A stretch of 64,000 nucleotides of DNA, taken from NCBI GenBank assembly GCA_024679065.1, contig JAGIQG010000011.1, positions 57,598,001 through 57,662,000 of the forward strand, given 5' to 3'. A model generated the notes under the pieces. It made no database searches and was not told the DNA's origin. It saw nothing but the letters and a program-made list of their open reading frames with translations. Of the stretch, positions 50,031 through 64,000 are shown piece after piece (position 1 is the first letter of the stretch; each line of letters begins with the position of its first letter). Source of the DNA: Sphyrna mokarran. Taxonomy: Eukaryota. The translations under genes and the position numbers were made by a program.

Positions 50031-51356
50031 TACAATCTCCATACAGACTAGTAACTTTTGTAAAGAAATTTGAATTTCTAGTTAATAACCCATACAACAA
50101 AGTTTCACATTTTAAAAAAATAACTTTACTAAAGAAGAAAACAATGGAGTACCATTACCTTAACACTTGTAATTTAATCCAAAGTTCTGAACAGAACTCT
50201 CCCTATTTTAGTTTTAATTTCAACAGAAGATTTTCTTTTTTATTTTGGTGACTTGAGTTTATTCAAGTTTCCCAGAATCAAACCAAGGTGTGTCACTGCT
50301 CACTGTATTCTATATATAGAATACACACTATATATAGAGTTCACTATAATTCTCAGTTTCACATTTGTCTTCAAAGATGAGGGGTTTCGCCCATGAGCAT
50401 CTGGCCAGATGAATCCTCTAACCCTGTTTCAATATCCAATGAATTTGAATTTCCTCAGTCTGATCATGGGCCTTGCATAGTGACGCCAAATCTGAAGAGT
50501 AGATGATTAGATTCTCTCTTGTTGGAAATGGGCATTGTATAGCATTTGTGCGGCATGAGCATTAACCACTATGATGTTGTCTCAGTCTTGCTGCATTTGA
50601 GTATGGGTAGCTTTAGTATCTGAGGAATATTCGGAAGCCAGAATGAAATGAAAAGCAAAGAATTCTAAAGACAGTCATACAGCTGCACAGAGGGCTTGTG
50701 AGATGCAGATTAGACTTGTAGCAGGATGAAAGCAACACTTTAAGTGAAATCTAGCAGTCTAGTGGCCTCGATTGTAGCCATGCCCATTTTGCAAGCAGAT
50801 TTTTTTCCCCCCAAAGAGTCAAGATGTTTTGCCAATAGAAGAATCTTACCTAAACCCCAAAAGCAGAAGAAGCTGTCTCTCTTAAATCTCAGAAATTCTG
50901 CTCTAAACCAGAGAGTACCCAAAAGAAAGCTTGGGGTCTGGTGTGGTAATTATTTGTTGGATTTGATGCAGCTGAAACTCTTCCACCTTGCCCACCCCAA
51001 TTCCCACTGATTTCAGTTTTGCCAGGGCTCCTTCTTATCACACTTGGTCAAATGCTGCCCTGATATTAATGGTAGTTACTTTCACCTTACTTTTTAAGTT
51101 AGCTCATTCAACCATGTTTGAATCGAAAGCCATTATGCAATTATTTACTGACTTTCTTCCAGTTGAATGGGCAGTATACAAGTACATCAGTTGGGACAGG
51201 CACCTAATCTTATAGTCAATATAATAATAAGTGATGAACAAAATGGAGGTAGGCAAGGATAATGAAGATAGCGAAGTGAAATTGGATGTGGGTAATGACC
51301 AAGCTCCAACTTGTGACGATTGAAACTAAGGGGGTTGTCAAATCATTGGGTGGGGG

Positions 51357-51564
51357 GGGTGGAATCTCTCTGGCCTTCCTGTGGTGTGTTTCTCGTGGTG
51401 GGAGGTGATTTACCATTTGCTGGCAGTGGGATCTATTTGTTCCATCACTGTCAATGTGATTTCCCATTGATTGCAACTGATGCCACTGAGAAACTCGTGG
51501 CAGGGATGTATTGTCAGCGGGACTAAAGAATCCTGCCAGCACGAACAGCCTGAAAAAACCAGCC
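51357..51564. repeat. MITE-like element
   Basis: gggtggaatctc ... gaaaaaaccagcc ends; internal motifs shared with 32150-32338. Confidence 0.55.
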
Positions 51565-52069
51565 TCAATACTCAAACTCACTTGTATATTGTTTTCATAT
51601 AAAATTCACAATGTCTAAAACACCTGCAAATACTCCTGCAGACCACATAATAAAAATCTAATCTGACTTATCCAGTCTCCCAACGTCAGTGGTACTGATA
51701 ATAATCTGAACAGTATACAGCATTATCAGTACCCATGTGGGAAACTTGTTGGTGTCTATTACATTGACACAAAGTGAAAATATTGAACTTGAGGATAAAC
51801 CAAGGCCATTATTCAATGGTTACAAAATGGTTCAGACACCAACTATGTATATATAAAAATGGATTTTCCTCTATTATATCTGGAGAACGAAACCTGTTGC
51901 ATTGGGTCTCCATGACCACAACAGTGTTCCAATGCAGCAAAACTGAGCCTAAACTTATAAAGTATAGGTTTAATAGAATAACAGGAAAGTGATGCTCCTA
52001 CTTTTGCTCATCATTCAAACAGAACAGCACCGCACAAAACCTGCAAGTGGGTTTTGTGTCAAAACCTTT

Positions 52070-52350
52070 TCTCTTATTCTTTCACAGGATGTGGGTATCA
52101 CTGGTTTGGCAAGCTTTTTTATCGCTCATTTCTATTCGCTCATGAAAAGGTGGTGGTGACCCACCTTCTTGAATTGCTACAGTCCATGTGGTATACACCC
52201 ACAGTGCCATTAGGAATGGTGTTCCAGGGTTTTAGCACAATAACAGAAGGAATTGCAGTACATTTCCAAGCCAGATGGAATGTGGCTTTGAGGAAACTTG
52301 CAGGTGGAGATGCTCCCATACATCCACTTGAGATTGTGGGTTTGGAAGAC
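52070..52350 (-). mobile_element. Second LINE family, 3' end fragment
   Basis: ttattctttcacaggatgtggg...aaggtggtggtga..ccttcttgaattgctacagtcc. Confidence 0.75.
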
Positions 52351-53384
52351 CAGCAGAGATCTGCTACAACTCTAGAAAGCAATCTGAAAATAAATGGATT
52401 ACAACTTTTTGACAAGACACTATACCCAATCATCAACCACTGCTAATCGATAGGCCTAGATTTCTGTCAAACTGTGGAAACAATTTACAACAATTGTTTA
52501 AATATTATCTGAAAAAGACTATACAAGAACAAGTTCCCTCATCCTTGCTTCTGCTTTCATGTGGAGGTTGAACATCATGCATTTTGGACAACAATTCTCT
52601 TCTTGCTTCCCTTCCCTTTCTGTCCTATACATTCTAAAGATTGTAAAGTTGTCTGATGTTAGCCCCCCACCCCCTGATTATTTTTTGTTTTGGTCTCTTC
52701 TTCCAGTTACAGTAGTGCTTATACCTCCAAATGTTAGTTTGGTTCCTTTGCTTTGAATGTGCCTCAGCAACTGATGCTACTACAAATAGCCTCCCATTGT
52801 GCCTCACATTGCTTGATTTGTGTTACTGTGACTTTCTCAGATATCTCTATTACCCGTGCTGGAATTAGAATTTTCCCTGTTTTGAATGAAAAATTCTAAC
52901 ATTCTGAATCTCTGGCTGGCAAACGATGTAGTTATTGCAATTACAATTCTATGCAATCTAATGTTAACCACTATTAATTAGGTAATCCCTATTGCTGTTA
53001 ACAATTCAACACTCATTTCGTTTGAAGCTGGATCTTGTTTTCAGTAATATTTTATGCTAATTTACAAAATGGAACATGTTGTTCTGGTCATCAGTTCATC
53101 TTGTACTTAGGATAACTCGTATTTACTGCAATGTTATTAGGATTGGCAAAATAGTAGAAAGGCATTCATAAACAAAGAGAAATATTTCCACTGCCGAACA
53201 AATTGTTCCTTCTAACTAAAGATATAATAAAATCTGAAAAACAATCAATTACCAACAATTTTTTTCAGACTAAAACAAATATTGTGAAACTTTCATGTCA
53301 CAAGCTAATTGTTTTGGTCCAGCAATGTCCACAATTAAGGCAGAATAATTTACATTTCTAAAGAAATTAAATTGTTAATGTTAT

Positions 53385-53760
53385 TCACAGAATCACAGAA
53401 TTGTTACAATGCAGAAGGCCATTTGGTCCATCATGTCTGGACCAGGTCTCCAAATGAGCATCATGATCTAGTACATTGCCCTGCATTTTCCCCATACATT
53501 ATTTTTATTCAAATAATCATCTGATCCCTCTTAAATGCCTTGATTGAAGCTGCCACCAGCAAACTTGCAGGCGGCACATTGCAGACCCAAATGACTCACT
53601 GTGTGAAAAAGATTTTTCTCACATTGCATTTGCTACTTTTGCAAATCATTTTAAATCTATGCCCTCTTATTCTCAATCGTTTTGCCAGTGAGAACAGATT
53701 TTTTTTCCCCCGATATACTTTATCCAGCCCCCTCGTGCTTTTAAACATCTTGATCAAATA
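53385..53760 (-). mobile_element. CR1 3' end
   Basis: (acagaatc)n tail and cactgtgtgaaaaagattttt (FFTQ on the minus strand). Confidence 0.75.
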
Positions 53761-56094
53761 TTATGTCAAGGCCATAGAACAAGAGAAATGGTTACAGCAT
53801 ACAAGGAAGACTCCTGACTGGTTGCGACAATGCTGGTTCTCTGCTAGAGCAACCTTACCAACTTCTTTTCACCAAAGTCCTGCAAATTATTTGTTAAGAT
53901 AATGATCCTATATTTCTTTGAAAGCCATGATGCAACCTGCCTTCACCACGATTCCAGATAATGCATTGGAAATCCTTGCCACTCACTATGCGCAGATTCA
54001 ATGGGCTGAATGGCCTCCTTCTACACTATTGGAATTCTGTGAATTCTAATTCTATGAAATAAAGAGGCTTCAAATGCTTGCAGTTTCAGCTAATGATACT
54101 TTAAAAGGTTGTAGCAAGAAAGTTTTTTTAAAAAGTAGTAGTTTTCAAGCAGTTATTTTTTAAAAAAGCTTTTTTATACACCTTAGTGTCACTATAGGGT
54201 TAGTTGCTTCTATGGAGTGCATAATAGATGAATGGATATGGGGACATGTCATAGCTTGGCATAGGGATATCAGGGGTCTGGTGGGACATCAGATGATATG
54301 CAATTGGGTATGAAGTGTGTGTGGGCCTTGGAGGTATGTGTGATGAATGGTGAGTGCCACAGGGTCTTGCTGTTATCATAACTGAGAAGATGTTCCACAG
54401 CAGCAATGTGGGTGTTTTCCAAAGCCTGGCTCTGTACCCAGCAGCCCTTGTGCCTACCTCTATACTTTTCCACTGACCCAATTGTAGCTGATCTCACAAT
54501 GAAACTCCTCTGAGCACATTTCCCCAAGCCACAAATTTTCCTGACTCCCACTACCTGCCCCAAAGATGATAATCCAGGCCTAATGTTTCCATTTATAAAT
54601 CCCAGGATATAAATCCCTGTATGTCTTATTGAACACTTTCACAATACCTCCTGCCAGCTGCCAATTATTGGTGCACATATACCCCATGGTCCCTCTGCTT
54701 CTGAATCTCCTTTATTTTATATTGCTTCAACTCAGTCATGTTTCAAAAATGAATCACTTCACTGCATTAAAATTCATCTGCCACATGGCCGTCCGTTCTG
54801 CCTCTTCAGATCTATCAGTTATCTGGGATCAAATGACAAAACACAACTTTCAGCATACACAAATAAATAGGCATATGCTCAGGGTCTGAGGGCAGGTTGT
54901 CCATTGTACCACAGATATATAGAGCAACACTAATGCATGTCATGTGTACTTGTCACCTTGCATAACAAAGGAGTTCAAAGAGGAGGCAGTCGACTCCATC
55001 TGCTGTTCATGGCATATTCATGTGTTAAACTTTTAACCCTCAACATTTCCATGGATTTTTTTAACAATCAGGAATCAGGGTCGCTAATAGGAAAAGTAGT
55101 AATAACATGAGATTTATAAAGGATGGGATTATGAAAACTGTGCACTGTTTTGCCCATATGCTCTATCTAATGGTGTGTAATACCCTGGAGAAATACAGAG
55201 CAATCTATACCTGCAGCTCTCAACATCTGTCTGCACCAAATTCCTTCAAAAAGCCAACAAGCAAACTTAATATCAGGCAAAAGACATTGGATATAAAATA
55301 TGAAACTCCTTGAGTAGAACTGAACATTTCAAAAATCAGGGGTTTATTTGTGTGAGGAAGGCAGATTTGAACTAGATAGTTCTTGTTAACATAATAGCAC
55401 AAATTCAGTACTCAACTATTTCAGAGAGATATAATTAAAGCTCCGCCAACAGAAATAAAGTTGGCTTTGGATCTGATATGTATGTTTGTATTGATAAATC
55501 AAACACAATGTGAAGTTATTTGTGTTAACTACACAGAACATAACTTAAAGTGCATTGCTGCTGTTTCAAGCTATACTTTGGTTATCATCACCAGTTTAGT
55601 TTTCCTATACAAATGTTGTCTTTGTAAAATTTGTAGATTTCAAATTTTGAACCATTACAATTTCCAATATGACCAATGAATGTTAGTAATCTCTAACCTT
55701 ACTGGAACTCACTAATTTTGAAGTGACATTAAAACATTTTTTTCAATTCAATATTCAATTTTACTTAATGGAAATCTGAATGGTATTTTCTTCCGTTTAC
55801 AGTGAAAATAAGGGGAACACTAATCATTTAACCTGAAGGAAAAAGTTGAATGCATTAACTGTGTGACAAATAAATATAAAATTTTAGATATAAAATATCT
55901 CAATTTCAAAGCACTTGATTTCCATCTATATTTCAAACATATCTGCTAGGCATCTGATTCTTACAATCAAAACCATACCATCAAGACAGAAAATAAATAT
56001 TTGGAAGCTCCATGTTGGGAAAAGTATTAGTAAGCAAGCCAATCTTGTGGACTTTGTAGCAGCCTGTTCAAGAATAATAATACAATGTTCTTTA

Positions 56095-57445
56095 AAATCA
56101 AAATCAGTCCCAGGACATCACTGTAGGAGTTCCTCAGGGTGATGCCTAGGCCCAACCATCTTCAGCTGCTTTACCAATAATCTTCCTTCCATCATAAAAT
56201 CAGAACTTCAGATGTGCACAAATGATTACAAAGCATTTGGCATCATTTGTGATTCTTCGGATACTGAAGCAATCCATGTCCTTATACAGCAAGAAGTGGA
56301 CAACATTCAGACGAGTAAGATCAGTGCCAAGCAAAGACCATCTCCAACAAGAAGGAATCTGACCATCAGCCCTTGATATTCAATGGCGTGATCATCGCTG
56401 AATCCCCCAGCAACATTCTGGCAACTACCATTGACCAGAAACTGAACTGGACCAGCCATATAAATATTGTGCGGGAAATTCTACACAGAGTAATTCATCT
56501 GACTCCTCTACCTACCAACTATAAAGCACAAATCAGGAGTGTGTCAGAATACTCTCCACTTGCTTGGATGAGTGCAGATCAAATAACACTCGAGAAGCTC
56601 AACACCATCCAGCACAAGGCCTACTTGATTGGCACCCCTTCCACAAACATTCACTTCCTCCCCAGTTTACACACAATGGTGGCAATAGCTCTGCAAGATG
56701 CATTGTAGCAATTCATCAAGGCTCCTTATGCAGCACCTTGCAAACTCCCAACCTTGAACAGCTGATAGAGGTAGTAGATGAATGGGAACAACACCACCTG
56801 CAAGTCCTCATCACTTCCACCATCATGCCACCTCCCCCACACCCTTCCCCCCATAACTATATTAAAGTTTATTTTTAAAGCGTATTTATTAGTGTCATAA
56901 GTAGGCTTACATTAACAGTGCGATGAAGTTATTGTGAAAATCCCCTATTCGCCATACTCTGAACAATGCCTGTTTGGGTACGCTGAGGGAGAATTGAGCA
57001 TGGCTAAGGCACTCACCCAGCACATCTTTTGGACTGTGGGAGGAAATTGGAGCACGTGGAGGAAACCCATTGCAGACATGGGGAGAACCTGCAGTCCCTG
57101 CACAGACAGCTCGGGCAAGGTGCATAAAATCCCGCTCGAGGCCAATGGAGATTTCCATTCTGGGAATCTTGCCTGACCTGGAATCAGTCAAGTTTTCGGC
57201 TAGTGACTGAAGCTGGGAATCAAACCCGGGTCCCTGGCGTTGTGAGGCAATGTCATGTACTGTTCCTTCACTGTTGGAAAATCCTGGAATTCCCATCTTA
57301 ACAGCACTGAGAGTATTTGTATTCCACAATGACTACAAGGGTTCATGAAAGTAGCTCACCACCACCTTCTCAGCTGCAATTAGAAATGGGCAATAAATAT
57401 TAATTTGGTCTGTGACACTCACATACCATGAATGAATAAATGAAA
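56095..57445 (+). mobile_element. Second LINE family, RT C-terminus and tail, split by a SINE at 56870-57260
   Basis: VGVPQG..LGPTIFSC, ORF 56373-56708 (TIDQKLNWTSHIN, YKAQIRS..EYSPLAWM), tail caccaccaccttctc...atgaatgaataaa. Confidence 0.85.
56870..57260 (-). mobile_element. V-SINE-type SINE, tail B, containing a ~90-bp hairpin insert
   Basis: Tail B and V-core; insert at 57110-57201 between cacagacag and agtgac. Confidence 0.85.
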
Positions 57446-57689
57446 AGGCCCGAGATTTTTACTTCAAACTAGCAAGAAACATCAAAGAATTTTAGACTCC
57501 CCAAAATTTTAATGCCCTGTAACCAATCCTGAATTCACTGCTTTTCCCATTTCTTTACTAAAAACATTTATTTATCCAACAAGATTAAAGCATTCAAAGT
57601 CAGTGTATGCACATATTGTGAGGAAATCCTCGCTGAAAAACACTTCTAGAAATGGTAAGATGCACTTACCAAGGTCAGCCTTGGCCTAA

Positions 57690-58090
57690 TGGTCACAAAT
57701 CTCACCTCAAGGTCAGAATGTCATTGGTTCACACCACACTGCAGAGCATCTTGCATGGAATCTTGTCTGAAACTTCAATGAGAGTACAGAGGGAGCACCA
57801 TAAGGCATGCCATGTTAAGGATGAAAATTTGAAGAGACCCCCATCTATCTTCTCAGGCATAACTAAAAATCCCATATTCCACCAAGAGTTGGGGTGGAGA
57901 TATTCTCTTTTGTCCTGGCTAATATTTAATCAGCATTAGAATAGATTATCTAGTCATTGACCTCTCTGCCATTAGAAGGGCTTTGCTGTTTGCACATTGG
58001 CTATCAAGATTTCCCCACATTACATTAAACACTTATTGCCTGTGAAGCGCTTTGGGACACACTGAAGTAAATTATACTTTCTTCTTCTTG
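57690..58090 (+). mobile_element. Old DeuSINE (SacSINE1/AmnSINE1-like)
   Basis: Deu-domain-like aaaaatccca...gtcctggctaatattt...attatctagtcatt...ttgctgtttgcacattggct and L2-type tail tgtgaagcgctttgggac. Confidence 0.65.
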
Positions 58091-61000
58091 TAGGTAAAAT
58101 TCAAGTGTAACATATTGCAAATCCCAATGACTGCAATGTTGCATTAAATTTTCTTGCATTTATGTAAAAAAGAACTTTGATTATTATGCTGAAAAAATGC
58201 TACTACAATTATCATATATGATTAATCCTTGAAAAACGTTCTAAAATAAATATCTGATCAGTCTTTTTTTAAATCTGAATAAGGGTATTTGCAAAAATAA
58301 GTTTGTGATCCTAACTGAACGATTAGAAATATATTTTCAGGGTGATATTTCTTCATCAATTGATTATGTGTTGAGTGCATGAATAGAAATGAAGTCGACC
58401 AGCTTCAGACAAAACCAGCAGATCGTGTCGTGCTTTCTGAGACATTCACATCATTGTCTCTTTCAAGTGCTGAGCACAGACTAACAGCTGTCTCTCTCTT
58501 CATGTATAAGAGCATCAACTCTCACCCTAGATTCAATATACACATTGAATGATGGGCATAATTTATGACTCCCACTTTGATTAGTACATATTATACTCTG
58601 TTCATAATATACTTTTTGTTCCCTGCAATGCGATTAGTGGTCACATTTTTAAAAATATCTTTCCAATATTCCACTTTTATTTCTAATCCCCCTTTACTTT
58701 AAATATCTAACCAGGTACAGTATTGTATTCCACGTGCTCCGCAAGCTCAGGGAATATCAGCAAGATATTTGGTCGTGGGGAATCACATTCAAATCTTTTC
58801 TTGTGTGTTCATAATGGGAAATATTCCAACACAAACCAATGGATGGTAATCAGGAATGGATATGTGGCCTGGTTTTCCCCACCCTAGCTTAAGGACACCG
58901 AAACTAGTTGTCATTTCTCAGTTGCCCCAATTTTAGTACAAATGAGAATAAAACAGTGAGACCATTAACCATTACTCTATCACATTTATAACCTGCCAAA
59001 AACCTTGGGCCTGTCTTTAAGATCAGATGGTACACAGCTCATGCTCACAACTACACTTTCCATTCGATCCTTCCTATATTATTGCTGAATCGAAGCAGCT
59101 GAAAAGCAAAACTATCATATCTCAATTATCATGTTACCAACAACGGAATGCTCCATTAGATCACTTTGTGCTATAATTGCATTTACGCATTTCAGTGATT
59201 GCAAATTACTTTACTTCGTAAGATATTTTACATCATTCTACTGAATATCACATTATTTTACATAAATTAGACATTAGAACCTCTAAATAGAATAATTATC
59301 TTGCGTAGTTTGTGTATAGAAAATATTTATTAATATTTCACCTCAAGTAGAATATTCTAACGTTTCACAGGTCAAAGCTTCTATCATCGATTTGCTTGAC
59401 TGACTATTCCAGGCTTTCATTCCGACATATTGCCAGCATCCCATGGGTAAATATGCTTCATGTCCTGCATAATGTTCTATTTTTCTTCCCCAGAAAATGC
59501 TAGAGGCATTGGGAAAAAAAAATCAGCTCCAAAACCATAAACATGCTTTATCTAATTTATAGAATTGCATGTTTGGAACAGTTCCGCTTGTATGTGACAA
59601 TTAAACAGGATCATACAGGTATTTTCAATTATATTCCAAAACCAACCACCATTGCATTCTGATTTGTCAGTATTGTTGTCTTATAAAAGCTCACCAGCAT
59701 CTCATCCATCAGCACACAGTCCATGTACTAGTTTGTACTAAATAGGTATTTTTACCTCTTTGTAATCTTGCTAAACTTTGCTCTTAATATCCAATTTGCA
59801 GCTTTGAAATACATATTTTTATAAAACGTATAATCAATTTTCAGGGCGTCATTTGAAGACTGATTTCCCAGCACCGTCTAAAACCTAGAAGCAGCAGCTA
59901 TAATATGAACCTTGGAACAGGTGCTGGCCAAAAGCCACTTCCCCACAAAACAGAGAGAGTGGGGAAAATCTGAGAGTGAGTCATTTGAGGTATTGTACAG
60001 ATCTGAATGCTACATGAGCCAGGGACTGATGCATTACAGAAAAGGTCAGAGTTTTATAGCATAGAAAGATGCCCTTCAGCCCATTGTGTCAGCCATCAAA
60101 ATCTCCAATGGAGCAAAGGTAAATAAAAATGAATAAAACATTCCAGATGCTTGCGTAAAACCAAAAAAATTGATTTATTCAAATTTTTCCAATTGTCTAC
60201 CCTTTTCTTCAATTCTTAATCTCTGAAGGCCTTTCCACCTACAAGAGTTTAACTAAATACTGAGACTGTACAGTGCTACTGAGAATAAAGCACAACAGCA
60301 TTTCATCTCAGACTAACTATCAAAAAAGAGATCGTGGCATTGCTTGTTTTGTAAACATATTTCTAAACTAGATTTCTGTAATTTTCACTGCACTTCTAAA
60401 CCAGATGCATTTTGTGCAAGATGCTTTGGCACTGTAGGGTTCAACATAAATGAAATTAGGATTGAAGTAGAAATGTTTGAAATAATCTTTCAATCCATTA
60501 CATGCAGACGTAGACTTCAGAGAAGATATCATTGTTCCACATTACTCGCAGTGACTGTGTTCAGAGAAATAATGCAACACACCAGTGTTTCGGAATCAAG
60601 TTCCTCACATCCCATTAACGCACTATTCAGCAAGAGGTCCCAGTACTCAGTGCAAACGGTTTTGTCAAATTCATCCCTGGTGTATTGCCCACGCCAAAAT
60701 CCTGAAACTGAACCATTAGAATGTAAAATAAAGACTGAAACTGTTTCTATAGCTTTCCAATAAAGTCATGTATTAGGTTATTTTTGTGATATTTGCAATG
60801 AACATATAAATGTATGAATAATGAATACATTTATGATTTTACTTCAAAAATCAAACTGAAAGAAACATTTGTTCACAATTTCACATTCAATAAAGCAGGC
60901 TGGAATTTAAATGCAGTGGGTATGGTGCGTCTGGCTGGGGGCTGTGCTGCAAGTTCCCACATTTCAGCGTGGAACATGGGCAATTGAAATGCTAGGGTAT

Positions 61001-61984
61001 CGTTAATCTTTGGAGGATGGCTGCTCTCCCAATTACCTGATGATAAGTTAATCTGTTCTATTTTCAGCACATTTCCTAATCTTCTTGAAGCAGGGATGCA
61101 TCTCCATTTTGCACTCGAAGAATTGTTGGCTGCAGACCTGATATGAAGGACCATGCCCCATTTTCATTTTCATTTTCAGAGGTGCGAGTGGAGAAAGTCA
61201 GCACCACTGACAAATACCCTGTTACTGGAATGAGCATGCCTAAGAACACTACCAAGTAAGCCTGGTCAAGAGGTGACTAAGTGGGGTCAAAGCCAATAGC
61301 ATCATGCCATGGCCCTGGGTTCAAAGCACAAAGAGGTTAACAGAGAGAGCACAGATAAGTATACTTCTGCAAGCCTTCACCACTCTCACCAGCACCATGT
61401 AACAACTCCTTTTTTCGCTTCACTACTGATTTCAGCTAACATCACCCTCCCTCAACCTTCTCCCCCCGCCAATCAATTCCTTCACTATCACAGAGGAATA
61501 CCAAAATCACTTTCTTTGTAACCCACACGCCTGTCCCCATCAAGATTGGTTTCCCTATTTTAAATGGAGGATGAAAATAGAATCCTTTTTGTTGATTGGG
61601 GTTTTGGAAGTCCGTTAAAAGTGGTGTGGGGTTTTTGGAAGTCTATTAAAAGTTTGAGAATTACTGAGAAAGGTGGAAGCCTGTTGTGTAAAATGTTTAT
61701 ACATCTTCTAATATCAATATTAAGTGATTTGTTATAAAGTATTTTTAATGAAGTGATTCATCATAGGGATTTGTCCTGCAAATTAATTAGTTGATCTGCA
61801 CATTGACCAGCGTCATATAATTGTTCACATTATAGGGGAGAAAGTGACACAGTGACAAATATTATGTCCCATCCGTCTATGCTGTCATCTTTTGTAATGT
61901 GATTTAAATGGCTCTGGCTAATCAAAAGAAAAACTTTGACAACTGAAATAACCTATCTACTTGCTCACATCCATTCATTGACAG

Positions 61985-62500
61985 ATGCAAATATGTTAGA
62001 AACAGTTCAGAGAAGATATGCCAGACTAATTCTAGGAATGGGCGGGTCATTTTATGAGGAAATGTTGGAGAGGATGGATTTGCATCCACTAGAGTTTGGA
62101 AAAGTAAGAGGTGACTTGTTCAAAATATTTAAGATCCTGAAGGGTGTTAGCAAGGTATTTGTGGAGAGAATGTTTCCTCTTGTCAAGAGAATCCAGAACA
62201 AGGAGTCATGGTTTAAAAATAAAGAGTACCTCATTTAAGACTGAGATGAGGATATATTTGTTTTCTTTGAGGGTAGCAAGACTCTGGAACTCTGTTGCTC
62301 AAAAGGCAGTGGAAGTAGCATCTTTGAATACTTTTAAGGCAGAACTAAATAGATCCTTGATTAACAAGGTGGTGAAAGATTATTGGGCTAGACAGGAATG
62401 TGGGATTGAAGTTACAAGCAGATCAGCCATAATCTTATTGAAAGGAGAGCAGGTTCGAAGAGCTAAGTGACAAGCTCCTGATTTGCATGCTTCCATGTTC
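61985..62500 (+). mobile_element. CR1 3' portion
   Basis: LETVQRRYARLI..RGDL; SRTRSHGLKI..RVARLWNS; gatcagccataatcttattgaa tail. Confidence 0.85.
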
Positions 62501-64000
62501 ACTGTACTTCGAAACTGTTATGAGAACCTTCTACTCTTTCCATTATTTTGTTTGGACAGTTGCGGCCAGTATGAATTCTTGGCTGGGTTTCAAGTGTTAA
62601 TACAATTCAGCACTGTAGCTGTAATCATTGGAGATTGAAAGGTAATTTTAAGAGGTTAACAACAGATTGCATCTTTGATGTGGTTTGTAGCTTGATAACA
62701 CAAGCTAATAGGATTACAAGTATTGCCAGGTTTGTTTCACATGGCAGGATGCTTTTTTTCTCAGAATCATTGATAATGTGTTTGATGGAGGCTTTTATTA
62801 GATGGAGAGATGCTATTTTATTCCCCAAGGAATGTAAAATGTGTTCCATTTAGATTGTGTATAATTGGAGGATGGTACATAGTGGATAATGAATGAGTGG
62901 TTACGGAGAATTCAAGGGTACAAAAAAATGGGGGCCTTTAATTTATATTAGGAGCCATGCTGCTGTGTTGGACAAATGAGGAGGCCTTCCTATCAGCCCA
63001 CCTCTACATCCCATTCCTACCATACTGGTTTGTAACTCACAAACTGCACTGCAAACGTGAACATTGCAGGAGAAGACAAAGTCGTTCATCAGTCAGGAGT
63101 GCAGTTTGCAAGCTGTGAAATGGCCCAGTTTGCAAATTGTGCTCCCACGAGGACTATCCAGCCATGGAATACAAAAGAAAGGAAATTATGGTAAATCTTA
63201 ATAAATAACTGAGTCATCCTCAGTTGGAATAGTGTGTTCACTTTGGGGCATCACAGCTATGGAAGGATATTAGGGTCTTAAAAAGGCACAGTAGAAGTTC
63301 ACTAGAGGTGCCAGAGATGAAACCAGAGAAACAGGAATTCTTCTTCTTAACAGCCAAAATGATACACAGGTTGAAAAAGGCTCAGCACTGCCTACAGAGA
63401 TGGGAAGAGGGCAGGTGCCAGAAAAAGAAAGGTTGTAGGTTGCCACTTCTAATAGCTCCCTCAAGGTAGACAGTTACTGTAGAGCTGTCTCAAGATGCAG
63501 CAAACTTCCACAAATTAAAATGTGATGAAAAGAAAACGCAGCAAGGAGCTGTGTCTAGTCAGCACATTCAAACACCTGACAGATAACCTTAGTTTTACTC
63601 CTGTCCTGACATTTCATCTTGGCATGAATTAAACTAATAGCTAAAATGTCAAGGCCACCTGGCCACATAGCCTGCACATCAACTGTAAACACAGATGGGC
63701 CACATGAAATTGCTGTTAATTGATTGCTTAATGGGCCTAATTTCTACCAACTCTCACATCTGCCCATTGACTATCATGCAAGTACGTGGAGACATCGGGA
63801 TCTGCACCCAACATCTTCTCACACAATTTCATATGTTTCCAATTTGGGCCCATGCACACTTGAACAAGGTAAAGTTCTGGCTATTGTCTATTTTACACCC
63901 AAACTGTAGATTTCTCCCCCTGCATACTCTGCCTTGCCCTGTCCCTTCCTAATGTCAAGAACCTCCTGAAAACTTACCTTTTTTGCCACACTTTTGGGTC

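Noticed and set aside
61197-61217. REST/RE1-like site TCAGCACCACTGACA
   Set aside because: The left half matches, but key Gs of the GGACAG half are substituted.

Overview
AT-rich, repeat-dense vertebrate genomic DNA. The repeat families (HE1/V-SINE-type SINEs, CR1 LINEs, Penelope elements, SacSINE1-like DeuSINE) suggest a cartilaginous fish, probably a shark; this is inference. The window holds one host gene, CSRNP3, on the minus strand. It has four coding exons (38163-38016, 20909-20650, 17461-17165, 16530-15439), canonical GT-AG introns and an intact 598-aa reading frame. A long, repeat-poor 3' UTR follows, and the 5' UTR intron runs off the right edge, so no promoter is visible. Nearly everything else is decayed or nested retroelements and small MITE-like repeats, and most short ORFs in the track are noise. 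I see no convincing new protein-coding system. The best leads are: (1) a young CR1 LINE whose 3' UTR carries a tightly packed multi-hairpin RNA junction plus a captured V-SINE core; (2) a ~450-bp local duplication fused to a SINE tail inside a LINE; (3) hammerhead-ribozyme-like cores in Penelope-derived repeats; (4) one SINE body with two alternative tails; (5) a perfect 4x55-bp tandem array of a CR1 3' end. Repeat boundaries were read by eye and are approximate, and family names come from remembered consensus sequences, not database searches.
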